This document shows positions 59,921 through 64,000 of a stretch of 64,000 bases of DNA, piece by piece; position 1 is the stretch's first letter; the number at the start of each line of letters is the position of its first letter. The translations under genes and the position numbers were made by a program. Source of the stretch: Tubulanus polymorphus (taxonomy: Eukaryota; Animalia; Nemertea); NCBI RefSeq assembly GCF_964204645.1, contig NC_134026.1, positions 12,299,950 to 12,363,949 on the forward strand, in the 5' to 3' direction. The notes under the pieces are model-generated. The model was not told where the DNA came from, searched no databases, and saw nothing but the letters and a program-made list of their open reading frames with translations.

Positions 59921-61430
59921 TAAAAACGTTTTTCACAGTAACAACAATGAGTTGCATAATTAAAATCGATTTCATCTTCTTTTGTCATAACTATTTTTTT
60001 ATTTTTGTTTAATAATTGTGCAAAATCACTTTCTTATTTAATTATTTTACTACAAAAATCATTAACTACATCTTCACCTCTAATAGAAATATATTGACTT
60101 TCATATAATTCAGGATAATTTGATTTTATATAAATTCCATAAGCAGCAGCTCTTTGATGAACTTTTTAAATTGTATTTATGATTGGCGGGTCTTATGTCT
60201 ACATTTAATTAATTTCCTTTATCCATTGATTTTAAAAATTGCTTTTGTTATATATTTCTTTTCTATCTTGATCAGTTAATTCTTTATTCAACGATTCAAA
60301 ATCCCCATAAATTACAAATGGAACAATATTTTTAAATTTATGATTAATAAATTTCAACTTACAATCTTTTTTGTTGGCATTATTAATTTGCAAACATCTT
60401 TATTATCACATAATTCTTTATGTTTTAGTAACAAATTTTCTGTCATAAATTTAGGTAAACATTTTCTACATAGAAAAATTTTATTATGATGATTACTTTC
60501 TGTTCTAAAGAATAAATCAATTTGTTTTAACCACATATAATATTCATTTTCATCTTTTCTATAGTATAATAAATCTATAACATTTTCATCATCATAATAT
60601 TCTGTTAAATATAAAGCTTCTAATGTATAATCTTTAATATTTTCACCTTTTGTGTTTGGTAATTGCATTCATTCGAAAACATTAATTCTTAAATTATTAA
60701 CTTTTTCTATTTTAGGAATCATTTTTATAGTTACTGGATATTGATCAATTTTATATAATGTTTCATATTTCCGATAATCTGTTAATCTAAAACGATGCGT
60801 AATATCTTCTGTTGGGTGTAAGCAACTTATAATCGCCCACAGAAAACATTTATTATCATCATTCTGCATATTAATTACTGCATTAGTTTTAAATGGCAAT
60901 TTAATATAAGATGATGCTTTAATATCCTTTTCTGTTGTAAAGTTCGAATCATTATTAAACATTTTATTATTTTTTGATGTTTTATTCCTTTTTGTATTAT
61001 ATATATCTAAATCTAAAAATATAATTTCATTCAATGATAAGCCAGAACCCTCAAAATATCTTTCTTCAATATGTCTTTTGAATTCATTAAATATTTTTTG
61101 CTGATTTTATAAAACTAACTTTTCCAGAAATACTAATTTTTGGATATTCAACATCTGTTACAAAATCTATTATTTTTCCATAATTTCATTATATTTGCTA
61201 TAGTCTTCTATTGTTGCTCCTTTAAAAAATCTAAATAGAATAGCTGCAGGACCAATTTTACTAAGTAGTGTTTCTAAAATTTCAATTGTATCTTTTATTT
61301 CTAGTGAATCAATATAATTTCTAACATTTTCCATGTAGGGTTTATTTGAAATAGATTTAGTTTTTGAAACTGTTTTTGTTTACTTGTTAAAAATTTAATT
61401 CATCAAACAATATTTCTATTTTGAAACAAT
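59921..61430 (-). pseudogene. polB: Divergent polB N-terminal fragment (P3b)
   Basis: ASSYIKLPFKTNAVIN, DNKCFLWAIISCLH and IFLCRKCL, with many lesions. Confidence 0.88.
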
Positions 61431-61470
61431 TAAATGACGCGGGACCATCAGAACGCGGTCACCTTCCCCC

Positions 61471-61698
61471 CTGTATATAGCAAACACGCTATCAACCGTT
61501 CTCATCAGTTCCTTGCTGCATCGATCTTCCGAGCGCAGCCGGTTGCACAATCACTGTACTACTATATATAGCAAACACGCTGTCGATCGTTCTCGTCAGT
61601 GCCTCGCCGCATCGATCTATCTGAGCACAGCTGGTTGTTACGCGCAATCACTGTATATAGCAAACACACTATCAACCGTTCTTGTCAGTGCCTCGATC
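61471..61698. repeat. Tandem repeat, about 90-bp unit, about 2.5 copies
   Basis: CTRTATATAGCAAACACRCTRTC..YCGTTCT at about 61471, 61562 and 61651. Confidence 0.8.
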
Positions 61699-61767
61699 AA
61701 TTGAATCGTCTAAATAAATCATTTCGGATTCTTAATATATGATTAATTTTATCATCAATTCATTTTT

Positions 61768-62080
61768 TTAATCAACAATTTCTAAATCATGATGCCCGTC
61801 TTCATTCTTCCAATGGTAAATTATTTTAAATCCTTCTAAATCTTTTAATTCCTCTGTAGTCAATGAAACCCATTTATCAGGTACAAATACTTTAAATTCT
61901 CGCGTTGTACTAACATTACAGTAACTTAATTTTGCTGATACTTTCTCTCCATATTTAGTTTTTATCTTTTCTAATTTCAATATTTTATGTTCAATTCTTT
62001 TGTAACATCGACTAACTTTTTTATTTCAAATTGTTTTTTTGCTGGTTTTATTCTGTTATTTATTGTTGCTAATAAATCTC
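61768..62080 (-). pseudogene. Divergent homologue of the 117-aa polB-linked protein, frameshifted
   Basis: KKL...KY...KTKYGEKV...FKVFVPDKW...EELKDL...IYHWKNEDGHHDLE aligns by eye with KKL...KKY...NKYGDKL...FRTYLPDRF...EDLEEL...YKGKNEKGHHEID. Confidence 0.7.
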
Positions 62081-62466
62081 TGGTCTGAACGCCTGATTTA
62101 CCAATTACTAATGTCAAATGCAAATTAACCCCACTACTATGTTGGAGAGTTAATGGAGTACGCTGAAGATGATGAGCCTGTCGTTTTGTATTTTCGGAAA
62201 AGTAAGAAAGTGCCTGGCCATTTCGTAAAACCAAGTGTTGAAGATGTATCATCTGTCAACAATGATGAAATTGTCATGTGTCATCCAAAACCATTATCAG
62301 TTGGTGGTACGAAAAGGGCCTCGGGGATCCTAAAATTTCCTGTCGATTTGGCAAGTTATAATTGCCAATAGTTTAATTACTTATGTGCAAAAGGATTAGG
62401 CCACACAAAGAAATACCAAAGGTTCTCAGATCTTTTTCTGGAGAGTAGCGAGGGCGAGCAAATCTT

Positions 62467-63015
62467 ATTTTAAGCCCACTTGGGACCAACGGGCTATTGT
62501 GTTCACTTTTCGTCCGTCGTCCGACCGTTCGTCCGTAGACGGAATCGAGTTATTTTGGGAAGTTTTGAAGACGCTTCAATGTTATGTCTTGATATTTGGG
62601 TTGCACATGCATCTACCTTAGACACATCTACCGCCATAAAACTTGCCCCGTCAGAATCAAGATGGCCGACTGGCAGCCATTGTTGTTTGCCACATTTACA
62701 CATTTTTTATCTTTTTTAGAGAAATTTTGAAGACGCTTTGATCAATTTTATCACCTTGATCTTTCGTATATATTTGAGTCCTCCAAAGGCCTATCAGCGT
62801 AAGAAAAATTGGGTCGATTGGACTCAAGATGACCGTCCTATGACCTTTTTAGTTCCCAAAAAATGTCAATTTTGGCCGAATTCTGAGTCCTGTTGTTTCC
62901 TACTGGTTTGCCATTTCTCATTGCAATTTGTAATGAGTATTCTTTGGAACGGGATGTTTTATACCCGAGACAGGTATTTCTTATCAACCAATTATGATGC
63001 AATTTGCGGCCATCT
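62467..63015 (+). mobile_element. Possible Helentron-associated (HINE-like) non-autonomous repeat
   Basis: TTTTAAGCCCAC...GGGCTATTG short inverted repeat, then a CGTCCGTCGTCCG microsatellite and CAAGATGGCCG motifs. Confidence 0.4.
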
Positions 63016-63129
63016 TGGTGTCATCAGTACTCATTCGTAGGTGAGAAAAAGTTTTTCCACATTATATTGATACCTAAGCATATTTCAATACTGCAATCAA
63101 TTGTCAATTAGCTCATAACGTATTCCACG

Positions 63130-63505
63130 ATTATGGTGAGTTTCAAGGTCATTGGGTTTTGCATATGGTCACCAGGGTGCGTTGAATAGTAGAATTACTG
63201 TGTATTTTCATATTAAATTGGTAACGAGGCATATTTTGTTATCACAATCAATTATAAAATCGTAGCAGCTGCCATGTTCTATGATTGGCGTGAGTTTCAA
63301 GGTCATTGGTTTTTGTATATGGTCACCAGGGGGCGTTGAATAGTAGAATAACCTAGTATTTCCATATTAAATTGGTAACAAGGCATATATTATTATCACA
63401 ATCAATTATAAAATCGTAGCTGCTGACATGTACTATGATTGTGGCGAGTTTAAAGGTCTTCAAGGTTTTGGTTTTTGTATGTGGTCTCTAGGGGGCGTTG
63501 AATAT
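63130..63505. repeat. Tandem repeat, about 153-bp unit, about 2.4 copies
   Basis: GAGTTTCAAGGTCATTGG...GGTCACCAGGG.GCGTTGAATAGTAGAAT recurs at about 63139 and 63292, and in degenerate form at about 63447. Confidence 0.85.
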
Positions 63506-64000
63506 TGAAGTTGTTAGATTGTTGAGCATTAGAAACCACTTCCCGAGAGTGGGCATGGAGCCCCTGGACCCCTAGTTGTTGCTTTTTTTAAATAAAAATT
63601 TTAAATAAAAAGCTTGACGCGGGCGGCATTTGACTTTCTTGAGAAACTAGGGTATTTCGTTGTGTGGCCTAATGCCATAGGTTACCGCCAACAAATCCTT
63701 GCTTGCCAGGGTTTGATTGCCTCTGACCGAAGGTCACGGCAACACAAACTCTGGCTGCAAACCCTACATTGATCTAATAGATCACCACTCAATCTAAGAG
63801 ATTTTTGGGGGAGGGGTTCCCACTCAGGGCCCTCCAGCCCTCTAGCCATTCAAATGAAAGGTAATTGATCGAGCGAACCTTCCGGTAAAAACAACGCAAC
63901 TGACTTGATATACAGAATGGTGGACGCTACCTAACCGCCCCAAGAAATCTCTTAGACCAATGCAGGGTTTGCAGGCACGATTTGTGACTTCAATCAAACC

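Noticed and set aside
61471-61698. CRISPR-like array, also considered for 41151-41365 and 63130-63505
   Set aside because: Only 2-3 units, the intervening sequence is mostly repeated rather than unique, there are no cas genes, and the context is eukaryotic.
62153-62371. 72-aa ORF resembling a DNA-transposase C-terminal tail
   Set aside because: Too short and without catalytic motifs to assign.

Overview
AT-rich eukaryotic, probably marine invertebrate, repeat-dense DNA with no recognisable host gene. It is dominated by endogenous Polinton/Maverick-like viruses. P1 (15578-33208, 6-bp TSD AGCAGT) sits inside the PHD finger of a 2A-containing LINE. P2 (34737-56824, 6-bp TSD CTCTTA, opposite orientation) sits inside a tRNA-like SINE. 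Further fragments lie at 5575-6715, 8399-11112 and 57125-62080. The viruses encode protein-primed PolB, minor and major capsid proteins, an A32-like ATPase, an rve-chromodomain integrase, an NCLDV-type HNH/EndoVII nuclease and several membrane proteins. All copies carry inactivating lesions. Three things stand out. (1) Every complete element end is a 141-396 bp fold-back palindrome whose two arms co-vary, and these caps differ between copies and even between the two ends of P2. (2) Most genes start in TAAATG, and a block of putative virion genes has a T-run/6-7 nt spacer/TAAATG motif matching poxvirus late promoters, suggesting dependence on a cytoplasmic helper virus (inference). (3) The P2 TSD encloses about 4.2 kb of host-like DNA behind an orphan 24-bp terminus. 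Also present are a Gypsy pol with its 3' LTR, a BEL/Pao remnant, an L1/Tx1-like remnant, MITE-like palindromes and tandem repeats. Alignments were done by eye and family calls rest on motif recognition, not database searches.
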